NCBI GenBank assembly: GCA_964016885.1
Contig: OZ024746.1
Coordinates: 90,892,001-90,956,000, forward strand
Direction of reading: 5' to 3'
From: Eledone cirrhosa
Taxonomy: Eukaryota
Length of the DNA: 64,000 bases
Below the pieces are notes generated by a model. The model made no database searches. It had not been told where the DNA came from and saw nothing but the letters and a program-made list of their open reading frames with translations. A program made the translations under genes and the position numbers. This document shows positions 12,350-26,539 of the stretch, piece after piece (the first letter of the stretch is position 1; every line of letters begins with the position of its first letter).

Positions 12350-12560
12350 AATCCCTTCCTGCTATTCCATGTACGAAGGAACGCTATGTATGTCATATCA
12401 AATATAGAGAATACCTCAAATGATCTGTCAGGTTTGCATGGCGTGCAGACGTTTGGCAACGTAATTTAACAAATATAACAATAGAACGTAATATAACCGC
12501 TAGAACGTAAACTTTAGGAAGATATGTATGTATGTTTGTATGTATATAATATATATATAT

Positions 12561-12847
12561 TGCTATGCTTTGGGAGGATCATGTTGCCAATAAGAAACAC
12601 ACGCACCAGTTGCTTTCACTTCAATTTATTATAAATTTAGGAATTTATAAATTTCCGGTTGGTTGGTTGGTTCCACAACCAGACGATTGTTCATATATTG
12701 TCAAAGTTCTTTCGTCACACTTTCTGTGACCTCTTCAGTGACGAGGGATTCTTTTCTTTGTTTTTGTGCCTCTCCTTTGTTCTGTCCTACGCCATCTTGT
12801 TTTTGTGTGTGTTGTGTGCAACATGACCCCCCCCCCCCAGCATAACA
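12561..12847 (-). mobile_element. Solo LTR (Gypsy-like) or small TIR element
   Basis: TG...CA ends, imperfect terminal inverted repeats (TGCTATGCT..CATGTTGC / GCAACATG..AGCATAACA), 4-bp TSD ATAT, AATAAA on minus. Confidence 0.6.
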
Positions 12848-12904
12848 ATATCGGTTTCAACACACGTTTTCAGATAAAGAATCTTGCTAAACAAATTCAG
12901 AAAC

Positions 12905-13197
12905 GGGGAAAATTCCCGAGATCCATGGACGAGTTCTCTCCAGCGGTCTCTGTCCCTCATTATCGCTGCCATGTCCTGCGTCTCCAAGAGACCAGTGTCT
13001 GTCCTTAGGGCATCAACATATATTAACCTCGGTCTTCCTCTTCCAGCGTGTCCATGCAGGGGCCCCCATAGAAGCACTGAGTGCAGTGTCAACTTTGGAT
13101 GTCAGTGAGCATGTCCAACTAACCTCAGTCTCCTCTGTGTCACTTTTGAGCTGACTTTTGGGAGGCTCCCATACAGCTCTGAGTTCTTCATTCTCAG
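12905..13197 (-). mobile_element. 3' fragment of RTE/RTEX-like LINE
   Basis: [33 protein letters not shown]....MRDRDRW; same family as 54135-54410. Confidence 0.8.
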
Positions 13198-13219
13198 TGT
13201 ATATATATATATAACACCT

Positions 13220-13277
<58 letters not shown>

Positions 13278-13438
13278 ATATATATATATATATATAATAT
13301 ATATATATATATACACATATATATATATATATACACATACACATATATATATATATATATACACATACACATATATATATATATATATACACATACATAT
13401 ATATATATATATACACACATACATATATATATATATAT

Positions 13439-13561
<123 letters not shown>

Positions 13562-13791
13562 TAACATAAAAACAGGTAGAATTCCCAAAACTAATCAGAT
13601 CAGAGCAAACAGCACGGACACTCTATCTCAAAATTATTTTTGAAAAGCATTTAGAAATGCGCAACCGGTAAAAACTTAAAAACTTAAAACCACAACTGAA
13701 TACTAACCCATACAATCACTAATACTCTTTTATTCCTAATTAAACCATTTTTCAACTGTGAACAATTTGTCAGCATTTTCTATTCCGTTTA

Positions 13792-13856
<65 letters not shown>

Positions 13857-14059
13857 AGTGAGGTTTTTTTACAAACTGAAAAAAAGACGATGTGTCCTAC
13901 ACGAGTGTAAGTAGAGCGAAAAAAAAAAATGAAATCGAAAATGCAACTGGAGTCTTTTTTCCTTATATATATTTTTCCTTATATAAAAGAGTGGCTGTGG
14001 TCTTACTACCGTATTTTAAATCTATTGGACGCCAATGTACGTTTTTTTTTGTTGTTGTT

Positions 14060-14640
14060 GTTACCTATGACATCGCATATGTATACGTTTTTGTCCATCA
14101 AACATTTGTTTTCCAATAGGAAAATATCCTTGTTTGTGCAGTTGCACAGTGCCCCACTACGGACATGGGTTTCGGAAGTTGTTGACTTATTCAGTTTAGG
14201 GATGTTTAGGTTGACTATGTTCCTAGCTAAATTAGGTGTTGTTGAGTAGGAAGGTCTAACAGCGTTCCTCTTAAAGCTTGTATAGTGTTGTGTGGGAAAG
14301 TGTTTATTTAATAATTTGAAGAAGATCCCAGCGGTGTTGACGCCTCCCTGTTAAAGGGGGTTGTACCAATTAATCTGCCTATTTCTATTAAGTGGTCTGA
14401 GTGTGCTGGCGGTAATCTTGTCCTTAAAGCCGCTGCGAGTTAGAGGCTCGTTGTAGCAGGGGCCAGATGTTCTAAAGATGTCTTTATTATCTGAAAGATT
14501 CGAAATTTTAAGGGATACGCTCCTAACAAGATTATAAGTAATATTTTGGGCGTGGTTAACATATAAGGAATCCGTTAGGTTTGTGGTAGGGGTAGTAATG
14601 GAGGGAAGTTGCTAAATCTAAAATAATGTCTAGAAAATTT
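14060..14640 (-). pseudogene. Naiad-type Penelope-like element fragment (RT C-terminus and linker)
   Basis: Frameshifted minus translation: NFLDIIL..PYHKPN...RNRQINWYNPP...KHFP...RNAVR.SYS..PNL...CNC.NK...CL...VY. Confidence 0.7.
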
Positions 14641-15774
14641 GTCCTAGTTGTGTTTGATTCTATAGTGATCCTACGGAAGAAGGTATGTAGGTTTTACTGA
14701 AACTCACCAGTGGCTCTGGGGTTCACTCTTTGCAGAGAGACCGTTGTCGTAGTCCCCAGGAATCCCGGCGAAGAATTACTTCACCCCCCCCCCCCCCTCC
14801 ATATATAATGATGACATGAAACTATCAAATAGGACCGACATCACTCCATAATTAAGTCAGTATCATTGGGACACCAACCCAGGACAATTAGAGTGGACAC
14901 CTATCTGTTAATTAGTGAGAAAAATGACTCCGTGCGGGTAGAAAATTTGATATTCTGGCCTCGCACCAATGTATTAGTTTCTGGGACTCCATCTGTTAGC
15001 GGCAGTCCAGATGCAACTACCCTGCACAGATATTAGGTAGTGTTAGTACACATCACGTAAGTGACTAAGAATCGCGTCTTCAACGAGGATTAGCCTCTCT
15101 GGATAGTTTGGACCAGCTATCCGTCACATTACTCCGATGAACATCGGCCGTTGTAACAACCTTAACTTTCTGTGGCACCTTACTTGATACCAAAGAGGAG
15201 GTAAGCTAGTCCTGACCGTCATATATGTATGTGTGTAATTATTCATACGCGTGCGTGTGTGTGTGTCTGTGTGTATTTACACGTAAAACTGTGAATGGGT
15301 TCCCTCTCTGAACCAGTCGAATGTGAAGTGATAAGAAGAGCTGAAATATCCAGGGAAGTAATGAATCGGGTTAGAAACATATTTTCTACAGCTCCAGCTT
15401 TACACAACTCAGTCACTTTAGTAACAGAAAGTCTTCATATGTTCAAAGAGATTATTATAAACGGCTGAAGTCAACTATTTTCATTCCTACTTCAAATGAC
15501 ACTTAAAAAGGTTAATGAGATTGAAGAAAGACTCCACTTCCCTACTCACGTGCAAGTCTTATAAAATTTGGCTAAAAGTGCTCCTTTTCACGTGGATGAA
15601 TGAATTAAATCGGGGGTAATATAAGACATGGTGTTATTTCCCATGGCTATAAATCAAGAGGAAGAGATCTGGGGATCCCCTAAGCTTAGTAAACTTGTAC
15701 AAGCACCTTATTCAAGCGAACCAGAAAGCTGCTAAATCTTTCTTTAAATGTATCGTCTTTGAAAAGCAATTTAT

Positions 15775-16085
15775 GTACTGGCAAGCTCCTCCGCAAGATT
15801 GGAACGTCGGTGGCACATCTGAGGAAGGAGCCCCGCGAGGTGGGGTGGCTATTGCAGCGGGTGTCGCTGGTCATTGTCCGCGGGGCGCAACCCCATTACC
15901 GCTGCACCCTAGGCCCAGAGCCCAATCACACTCACCCTCACCCTTCCACCTCCCCATTCTTCTGTGACACTAGAGCCCTTGCCATTCCCTTCCTTTTCCG
16001 TATTTTTTTTATATTATCTTATTTTACATTCCATTCTTTCTTCTCAATCTAAATTTTCTTTTTTCCTATTAAATTCTATCCACAT
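15775..16085 (+). mobile_element. 3' end of CRE-clade non-LTR retrotransposon
   Basis: LLRKIGTS.AHLRKEPREVGWLLQRVSL.IVRG; 3' UTR shared with 28060-29105. Confidence 0.75.
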
Positions 16086-16261
16086 GCTATATGTATGCAT
16101 TGAATAATATAGTCCTAGATTTATTATACACAAAAATAAAATCTTGAACTGGGAGGAGATGGTCACGCCTAGAAGCTCTTTAGTAATAGGTCTACCTGAT
16201 CAAACAGGACCAAGTGCTAAACAATAACAGCAACTCTCATCTGTGTTTTGCCATTATTACC

Positions 16262-16765
16262 GGCATGGAACGACCACGACGAAGACAACCGCGACGGGAT
16301 CCACCACCACCACCACCACCACGAGCACGACCACCACCATTATACCACCATCATCTCCACCACCACCACCAACAACACCAACACCACCATTATACCACCA
16401 ACACCAACACCACCATTATACCACCAACATCAACACCACCATTATACCACCACCACCACCATCTCCACCACCACCACCACCACCACCACCACCACCACCA
16501 CCACCTCGACAACGAAGACGACAACCACGGCCGCCACCACAATCACCACGGCCACCACCACCATACCACGACCATCAGCGCCGCCTCCATTACCGTCACA
16601 ACCACCACGATACCCAGACCATCAGCGCCATAACCACAACTACGACACCACGACGACACCACGACGACCATCAGCGCCGCCTCTACTACTACCACTACAA
16701 CCACCACCATCATCATCAGTAGCAACAGCAGTAGAATCATTGTTGTCATCGTCCCCATCACCATA
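16262..16765. repeat. Degenerate (CCA)n-rich simple repeat
   Basis: Direct inspection. Confidence 0.9.
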
Positions 16766-16966
16766 GTTACCAGTTATTCTCTCCTATCGATAATTCCTCT
16801 TGTCAAGCTATTCTAATTATAATCCTCCTCGTTATTTTTATATAAGCTATTATCTGCTTCAGACATTGCTACGTCTCAATAATATCACAGTAAAATGATC
16901 AAAACGAATATCTTCATATGCACATCACATATAACAGGCATAAATTTTACAAGTCGTTCGTCAATT

Positions 16967-17039
16967 GCCTCCGTGGCCCAATGGATAAGGCACCGGCCTC
17001 CTAAGCCGGGGATTGCGGGTTCGAGTCCCGTCGGAGGTA
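16967..17039 (+). tRNA. trnR-CCT: tRNA-Arg, anticodon CCT
   Basis: 73 nt; acceptor GCCTCCG/CGGAGGT, anticodon arm CCGGC-CTCCTAA-GCCGG, T-arm GCGGG-TTCGAGT-CCCGT, intact A and B boxes. Confidence 0.97.
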
Positions 17040-17045
17040 TAATTA

Positions 17046-17050
17046 TTTTT
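17046..17050 (+). terminator. RNA polymerase III terminator (T5)
   Basis: TTTTT 6 nt after the tRNA 3' end. Confidence 0.75.
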
Positions 17051-17562
17051 ATTGTGAAAGAATATAGTGTTCCACCTTCTTTCATTTAGCTTTTCACAAT
17101 TCAATCGTTCTCCCCCTCTCTCTCTCTCTCTCTGTTTTTTTATTTGAACTACAATCAAGTAAGTGTGTATTCATATCCCCCCCCCCCAATAAGTTGACAC
17201 CCATGTCGGCTATCACTGATATAATGGAGGTTCTTGCCAGACACGAACAAAAACTTAGAATTATTTAGACATTATATTGTGTATCCCTAATGTGTCCTTA
17301 AAATAAAACAATATCGTGAGATGGATTTGAAGTAGATTTCGCTGCAATTTTTAGCTTGACCGCGTAGAACAGAGGTTCTCAAAGTGTGCACTACCGCACA
17401 CTTTGGTCCAGGGGGCGCTGATGCCTAAGTGGGAAGTAGAGATGATATAATAGTAAATTAAATATCAAATGATACATATTATATATAAATATAGTAAAAT
17501 AAAACATATATTTATTTATACATAGTATGTATTATATTATGTATTATATTATGTATTATATA

Positions 17563-18558
17563 CTAGCTGAATTACCCGGCGTTGCCCCCGGTTACTGCTG
17601 TTCTTATTCAGATTAATAAACAATAAATATGAAGATATGTTTTTTTTTCTCATAATTATTTCAAAATACCTAAATTTTATTTTTAAAATATCAAAATTGT
17701 AATGATAATAGAATTTAGAAATGAAAATCTGTCAATCTTGAAGCACCTTAAGGTAAACTATTCATTGTGTAATTTTTTGATGGTGTCCAAATGAATAAAT
17801 TGTTGTTACACACTCACACACATGCACTTTCATATACATATACTAAGACAGACACACACAGACATACATTCACGCAAACACACACATAGCTTTTTACCTC
17901 ATTTTTTTTGTCAGTAGCCACATATGTATATATATGTGTAGATGTGTGTGTGTGTATTTAATAACGTACCTAATGAACGCGCGCACACACACACACACTC
18001 TCAGACACATATATATTCATATACAAAATGTAACGTCATTGCGTTATTTTCTATTGTTTTAATCCAAATGAAAATAAAAATTATCACACATACACTCTCA
18101 TATACACTCTCACACACACTCACATACATATACTAAGACAGACACACACAGACATACATTCACGTACACCTATTACATGTCTGTCATCACATGTGTATCT
18201 GTATGTGTAGATGTGTGTGTGTTTAATTCTCTGAGGTCTATCGTACGTAACGAACTGGTAAACACATACTCACAGACACATACACACTCATATACAAAAT
18301 GTGATGTCGTCGACGTGGTTTACTATAGTTCACTATAGAAATGTCAATTTATATAAAATATTATATTTTTTAATCCAAATGAAAATATTTAAATTATATT
18401 TTTTTTATTTATTTTAAAAAGTAGTTTGAATCTTGCTTGCTCTGCTTATCTCAATTTTATAGTTCTGGTATGTCAAATTAATACCATAGAACAACCATTG
18501 TATCATAGACACCCTATATATTTCCAGGGGTACTTAGTACCTGTGGGGATATTAACTT

Positions 18559-18570
<12 letters not shown>
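17563..18570 (-). mobile_element. Non-autonomous Helitron (3' terminus clear, 5' end lost in (TA)n)
   Basis: Minus 3' end CCGGGGGCAACGCCGGG hairpin-like motif then CTAG|T; internal duplication ~17810-18100/18110-18390. Confidence 0.65.
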
Positions 18571-19467
<897 letters not shown>

Positions 19468-19709
19468 CTGCATACATACTCACACACACACACATATATA
19501 AAAGTAAGTTGTCTGTTTTAATTAACCCTCATCAACAAATGTGAGGTATTGTTCCCGTGTATTCAAAGAACTATCTTAGCTTTACTTCAGTCTTTCTCAA
19601 ATGAATGCTGGTCATTGTTTGTGTTATAGGTTACATATAAACCCTCCATTGAGGAGACCACACCACCATTTCTTATCTATCTATGTTTGTTTGTCAGTCT
19701 AGCTGTCTG

Positions 19710-19777
<68 letters not shown>

Positions 19778-19881
19778 TCTCTTCCTGTCTATCTATCTAC
19801 CTTCTATCTATCCATCTATCTATCTATCTATAATTGAACCAGCTCACCATTCTCTGTGATAGTCTTTTACAAGTGTTCTCT

Positions 19882-20510
19882 CGCCATCACCATGTGCCAC
19901 CGCCACCACCACCGTATGCTACCGCCACCACCACCGTATACTACCGCCACCACCACCATGTGCCGCCGCCACCACCACCGTATGCTACCGCCACCACCAC
20001 CGTATGCTACCGCCACCACCACCGTATGCCGCCGCCACCACCACCGTATGCCGCCGCCACCACCACCGTATGCCGCCGCCACCACCACCGTATACTACCG
20101 CCACCACCACCATGTGCCACCGCCACCACCACCGTATGCTACCGCCACCACCTCCGTATGCCGCCGCCACCACCACCATAAGCCGCCGCCACCACCACCG
20201 TATGCCGCCGCCACCACCACCGTAAGCCGCCGCCACCACTACCGTATGCCGCCGCCACCACCACCGTATGCCACCGCCACCACCACCGTATGCCGCCGCC
20301 ACCACCACCGTATGCCGCCGCCACCACCACCGTATGCCACCGCCACCACCACCGTAAGCCGCCGCCACCACTACCGTATGCCGCCACCACCACCACCGTA
20401 TGCCGCCGCCACCACCACCACCGTATGCCGCTGCCACCACCACCACCGTATGCCGCCGCCACCACCACCACCGTATGCCGCCGCCGCCGCCACCACCACC
20501 GCCTCCGCTA
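19882..20510. repeat. GC-rich minisatellite, ~19-25-bp unit CCGCCACCACCACCGTATG
   Basis: Direct inspection; produces spurious Pro/His/Gly ORFs. Confidence 0.95.
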
Positions 20511-20791
20511 TGAGCGAGGCCATACTTTAGTGTATAAAATGCAATAGTCACCAGCCTGGGGCCTGCACTACACATGTCCACTACACTAATGGAAGACACA
20601 AAACCTACGGCGTTTTGCCTACTTTCTGTTAATATTTCTAGTTGAGAGACAAGTTGAATGGAGAAGACATCAAGTGATCGACATTAGGCCAACAGATATT
20701 TTGTTTGTTTTCTATCTTTCGACATAACTGTTGTCATTTATTCAACACTAAATTATGTTCTACTTCTGCAGTGTGCTGTCTTGCATCTGGC

Positions 20792-21005
20792 CGTGGATTG
20801 GCAGTAATCTATAGAGCGTCGGACAGTATGTTTAGCAGCATAGAGTTATGGCCCTTTACATTCCGAGTTCAAATCTCCCAAGGTTAGCTCTACTTTTCAT
20901 CCTTACGGGGTTGATAAAATAAAGCACCAGTAATGCATTGGGGTTGATTTAATCGACTTTCCCCTCCCCAAAATTGTTGGCTTTGTGTCTAAATCATAAA
21001 TCATT
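20792..21005 (+). mobile_element. SINE family A
   Basis: Homologous to 1680-1897. Confidence 0.8.
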
Positions 21006-21137
21006 CTAATGAGAGAAGGGGTATTAGTTCCGAGAAGAAGCTGTATTGGAACTAGTGTCAGTTTTTTCCAGGGAGTTGTGGTGTTGTGACACACAGAAAC
21101 CAATGTACTCTGGGTGTCTACATAATGTAGCCAACTA

Positions 21138-21607
21138 GAGGCATAACTAAGGAAAATAGCCCCCACGGCAAGCAGTGAAATTGTGACCCCTGTCCAGAGG
21201 AGGCATAACTAAGGAAAATAGCCCCTATGGCAAGCAGTGAAATTGTGACCCCTGTCCAGAGGTATAACTTGGTGAAATAGCCCCTGTGACAAGCAGTGAA
21301 ATTATGAGCCCAGTCCAGAGGCATAACTAGGGGAAATAGCCCCTATGGCAAGCAGTGAAATTGTGACCCCTGTCCAGAGGTATAACTTGGTGAAATAGCC
21401 CCTGTGACAAGCAGTGAAATTATGAGCCCAGTCCAGAGGCATAACTTGGTGAAATAGCCCCTGTGGCAAGCAGTGAAATTATGAGCCCAGTCCAGAGGCA
21501 TAACTAGGGGAAATAGCCCCTGTGGCAAGCAGTGAAATTGTGACCCCTGTCCAGAGGCATAACTAGGGAAAATAGCCCCTATGACAAGCAGTGAAATTGC
21601 ACCCCTA
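21138..21607. repeat. 59-bp tandem repeat, about 8 copies
   Basis: Unit AGAGGCATAACTAGGGAAAATAGCCCCTATGGCAAGCAGTGAAATTGTGACCCCTGTCC with alternating variants. Confidence 0.95.
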
Positions 21608-22427
21608 CCAAGCACTGTATTTTTATCTATGGTGGTCTAATAATTTATATAAATGGTTTAATGATCCAGCCACCATAGTGTTCTCACCCATGATAGAGAC
21701 AGATCATACATCTGAAGGAGTTTCTTTTTTCACTCTTCGACGAGGCTTATTTGACTTTAATAGGACCTGCTCTAAGTAGCGCCCCCTTCATGGTAGTGCC
21801 ATGGGCGCCATATCCTAATCACGCCTCTGCTCCCAACGCATGTTCATCTACAACTGGTGCCAGCTATTGTTTTTTTTTAATGGAATGAATACACACAGTT
21901 ATTCACATATCAACATACGTAATCACACACCATCATCTCCACATACACACTCACACACTCAGATACACGTGTACACAAACTCTTTATTATACACACAATA
22001 TTATACACACACATACACACACACACATATATATATGTGTGTGTGCCCGCACTCTACTAACTTTGGATATAAACCTTCTTGTATGGATTTCTTAATATAT
22101 ATATGTGTGGGTGTGTATATGTGTGTATATATATGTGTGTGTGTATGTATATATATATATATATATGTGTGTGTGTTTGTATATATATATGTGTGTTTGT
22201 ATATATATATGTGTGTTTGTATATATATATATGTGTTTGTATATATATATATGTGTGTATATGTGTACATATACACACATATATATGTTGTACATGTGTA
22301 TATACATCTATAAGTTTGTGGATGTGTGTAAAAAAATATCACGTATTCACAATCCAAATTGAAAATAATGACGTACGTAACTGTCAAAAATTAGTTTCAC
22401 TTTTGAGACCGGCCGTTTTGACGTATG

Positions 22428-22466
<39 letters not shown>

Positions 22467-22467
<1 letters not shown>

Positions 22468-23124
22468 GCATAGGTTAAGAATAACGTCCTCGAAACTGAA
22501 AGTAGGTTTTCTGACAAGTGAATGTGTTTTTTTTTTTTTTTACATTGAAATTTACGATACACTATTTGTTTATTTACAACAGGTCTCTATAGTGATATGG
22601 TGTTAATTAGTATTGCGTGTGTGATTATTTTCTCTTATATATATATGTGTGTGGGTGTGTATATGTGTGTACATATATGTGTCTGTATGTATATATATGT
22701 GTGTTTGTATATATATATGTGTTTGTGTCATCATCATCGTTTAGATGTTTTTACCCAAATCCCTTATCATTCTCTGTCCTTCTTATGACCCGACCTTAAT
22801 TTGTTTATAGTTGGTGCCAACTTTGGCAAGATATTACAAAAACATCTAAACGATGATGATGACACAAACACATATATATATACAAACACACATATATATA
22901 TACATACAGACACACATATATATACACACATTGCACACCCACACATATATATATAAGAGAAAATAATCACACACGCAATACTAATTAACACCATATCACT
23001 ATAAAGACCTGTTGTAAATAAACAAATAGTGTATCGTAAATTTCAATGTAAAAAAAAAAAAAAACACATTCACTTGTCAGAAAACCTACTTTCAGTTTCG
23101 AGGACGTTATTCTTAACCTATGCC
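22467..23124. repeat. Long inverted repeat (~285-bp arms) between (TA)n runs
   Basis: 22467-22752 is the near-exact reverse complement of 22838-23124. Confidence 0.9.
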
Positions 23125-23234
23125 ATATATATTATATGAATATATATATATTATATGAATCTAATACATTTTTATGAGAATTGTTTCTTCCGTTTGTTTA
23201 CACAAGTGTGTACGAACACTATCTCTCTACCTAT

Positions 23235-23327
<93 letters not shown>

Positions 23328-23332
23328 GTATA

Positions 23333-23583
<251 letters not shown>

Positions 23584-23604
23584 ATGTGTGTATATATATA
23601 TATA

Positions 23605-24158
23605 TGGTCGGGTCGTTGGCGACTAAACTGGCAACCCCACCAAGGTTTCTTGGTGAGGAGGGTGACTTTGGACATCCTGCAGGACTAAAAACAAAACCTG
23701 TCAAAGGGCAAAGGAGCTCTTAAGAGTCAATGGCCATCCAAAATCACCGGGAGAGATGACCCCTTAGCCTTTGTCAAGGCAGAATTCTAGGAGAAGGAAA
23801 ACTCTGATATAACACCTGCAACCCTGATGGTATCCAATGATGTTGACTTGTTCTTCTTTTTGGTAAATATCATCTTGGTTAAGAGAGTGGGACTGGCTTT
23901 GTGCAGTGCCTTTGCTCACTATAAAAGCTTCACGGGACAGGCATTGCTTTATATCTGGAGATCTCTCTGCACTTGTCGTCACATGGTACCATGGGCCCAG
24001 CACTATGTGTCAATAATTGTCACAAGTGTAGTGTTTGTACCAGAGTTTTCAAGTCGCTGGCTGGACTAAAAAGTCACACTCGTTCAGCGCATCGGTAGGG
24101 GTTCTCCTACATGGATATAAAGTAGTGGCCGTACTCGAAAACGAGTTGGCAGCCACCA
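23605..24158 (+). mobile_element. Non-coding element resembling an RTE 5' UTR
   Basis: Contains CTAGGAGAAGGAAAACTCTGA, recalled from RTE 5' UTRs; paralog at 27501-27900; flanked by (TA)n. Confidence 0.55.
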
Positions 24159-24449
24159 TATATATATATATATATCCGTGTGTGTGAGAGAGAGGGAGAT
24201 AAAGATTGCTGATTGGCGGAAGTTTTGCTAATGTAAGAGAGACATATGTGCTCCATAACTGAATTTAGTAGTAAAATGTGGATATTAAAATAATTACTGG
24301 AAAATGAGAAATATTTATTAAAGTTAGGAATTTCAGAATCAGTTTATCGCACAACTGAGCAGGATTGTTTCAAACATTAGCTTTTGCCCTTCCATGCTGG
24401 AATTACTCAAACCATCTAGCTAGCTATCTCTCAATCTATCTATTTATCT

Positions 24450-25490
24450 CGACTGGCACATCGAATGTGCTCAGGCGCTCACAGTCCTCTGGCAAACGGA
24501 CCCGGCGATCAGTGGAGACTCCACTTCGACATTATAGAGGGTTGATCCGCAGCAAGTGCGATGACACGCTCGGAGAAACTTTAGGCGTAGAGGAGGACGA
24601 ACTGGCCAGTCTGTTCGGTAGGACCTTCCACCCGGGACCAATGGACAACTTCCAAAAGTCCCTGGCCTGGCAGTGCTACCGAGGAGCTCTACCAGTTCGA
24701 GACAAGCTCTACAGACACGGGCGCCCGGGTAGGGACCCTTCGAAAAAGATTTGTCCGAGATGCGTGCGCGACGCCCTGGCAGAGATCCTGCCAAAAGGAC
24801 CTGTCCAAGATGCGAGCAGGACATCGAAACCGTTCTGCACGCAATTGTACAGTGCCCAGGTGTGACCGACCTATAGAATTATGTCGAACAGCTACTGTCA
24901 CGTGTGGGACGCATCCAGTTGTCAGCCGAGTCCATCGCGAGGATCACCCCGCCGCCTTCATTTAAGAATGAAGGAGAGGCGGTTTTCCTTTGTCTGGTGG
25001 CTTTGGTGAAAGAGGTAATATGGTTGACGAGATTAAAAGGACTGAGGGCAAACACTTTTCTCTCCGGACAACAATTCATCCCCTTCTTTAAGTACCACTT
25101 CAGAAGGAAGGTGAGAGTGGAGAGAGAGGTGCTACACCCCAGTAAATTCGCTGAAAAGTGGGTGAATGTGACGAAAATGGCCCGAGTGAATGGGCTTTCT
25201 CTGTATATAAACCTGTAGGTTGAGGAAGATAAATAGAGGGAAGACGGGAACACCTACAAAACGTGTTCCTGGTATTGAGGGTTGTTCTATACAAGGGGTG
25301 TAAAACAACCCCGTAGTAACGTTAGAAATCCCCATTAGGGGGTGGGGGCTAATGGGAATTTCGATTATTTTTTTTTTATATATAGTTTATTGTTATTCAT
25401 CATTGTTAAAGATTTTATATAAAACCCCCGCCGTCACGTCTTGTAATGTCCCATTTTTGTACGCGCATGTGGCAAATAAAGAAAGATATC
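24450..25490 (+). mobile_element. 3' fragment of L1/Tx1-like LINE (same family as 1-814)
   Basis: QKSLAWQCYRGALPVRDKLYRHG..CPRC..; GRIQLSAESI...KMARVNG; frameshifted; AATAAAGAAAG end. Confidence 0.85.
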
Positions 25491-25601
25491 TATCTATCTA
25501 TCTATATATATATATCTATCTATGTGTTAAGTTAACAAATTGGTAAAGTCGTTAGAGCGTCTGATCAACTAGTTCGGTATTTGATCCGGCCCACTGCACA
25601 G

Positions 25602-25932
25602 TTCTTAATACGTGTGGAAACCTGAATGCTTGGAAGAAGCACACACACACACAGATAGGAAAGGGATGGAAGAAATAGAAATGTAGGGGTGCCTTATAAA
25701 GTACCAGTCGAGTACTGAGGTCTATTCGTCCCCTCTCTCTCTCCCTCTCTCTCTCCCTCTCTCTCTCCATTATTTTTACTTGTTCTCTCTCCTTCTCGGG
25801 TTTCTCCATACTTGGAGAGGAATGAGCTCAACTTAAATACCCCAAAATGGCACCCCTACAATTTCATTTCTTTCATTCGTTTCCTTTCTCTGTGTGTGCT
25901 TCTTCCGAGCAGGTTCCCACACGTATTAAGAA
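25602..25932. repeat. Imperfect inverted repeat (~90-bp arms)
   Basis: 25602-25693 vs 25849-25932 (TTCTTAATACGTGTGGAAACCTG / CAGGTTCCCACACGTATTAAGAA). Confidence 0.75.
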
Positions 25933-26539
25933 GCATTTCACATTACAATCAACGGTGCTTTACCTCCCGACATTCTTTTTTCCATTCAGTTTTCAAGTTC
26001 TTTTAGGAATTAAATTATTCCAAGAACAAAGAATAAAGTATTTTGTTGAATAATAGTTCCAATTGAAATAAAACTGGTTCACTTGCACTCAGTAATATAC
26101 CTTTATTTAATATGCGTGAAATAAGTTATATGACATTTATAAAAAAATTATTCAATCGCGGTGCCCCAGCATGGCCTCAGCTTGTCGGCTGGAACACGTA
26201 ATGATAATAGAGGAATATGCAATAGACAAGAAACTTGTGTCTGCCGCACAATGGATGTGGCACCACCCTGCAATGTAATGGAAAATCATTTCTTTTCTTA
26301 TAGAATAAGCAACTTTTCATGAGAAAATCAGCAGCAGTGCATTAAATAGAACATGTCTACGTTAAGAATATGGAAGTCATCCGCCATTCTACTTTTGTAT
26401 AAACTAGAATTATTTTTCCATACGCTGACGCGTATATGTATATGTGTGTGCCTGTGTGTGCCTGTGTGTATGTGTATATGTGTGTGCCTGTGTGTATGTG
26501 CATATGCATACATTTATATGTATAAGTATATAAATATAA

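Noticed and set aside
15290-15720. Coding-like unique sequence on plus
   Set aside because: Multiple in-frame stops and no identifiable motif
16214-16766. His/Pro/Thr-rich protein ORFs (also 19834-20599 and 54562-55239)
   Set aside because: Open in several frames on both strands because of trinucleotide-type repeats; no splice or domain support
17370-17430. hAT-Charlie terminus CAGAGGTTCTCAAAGTG
   Set aside because: Only one end; no partner TIR or TSD found
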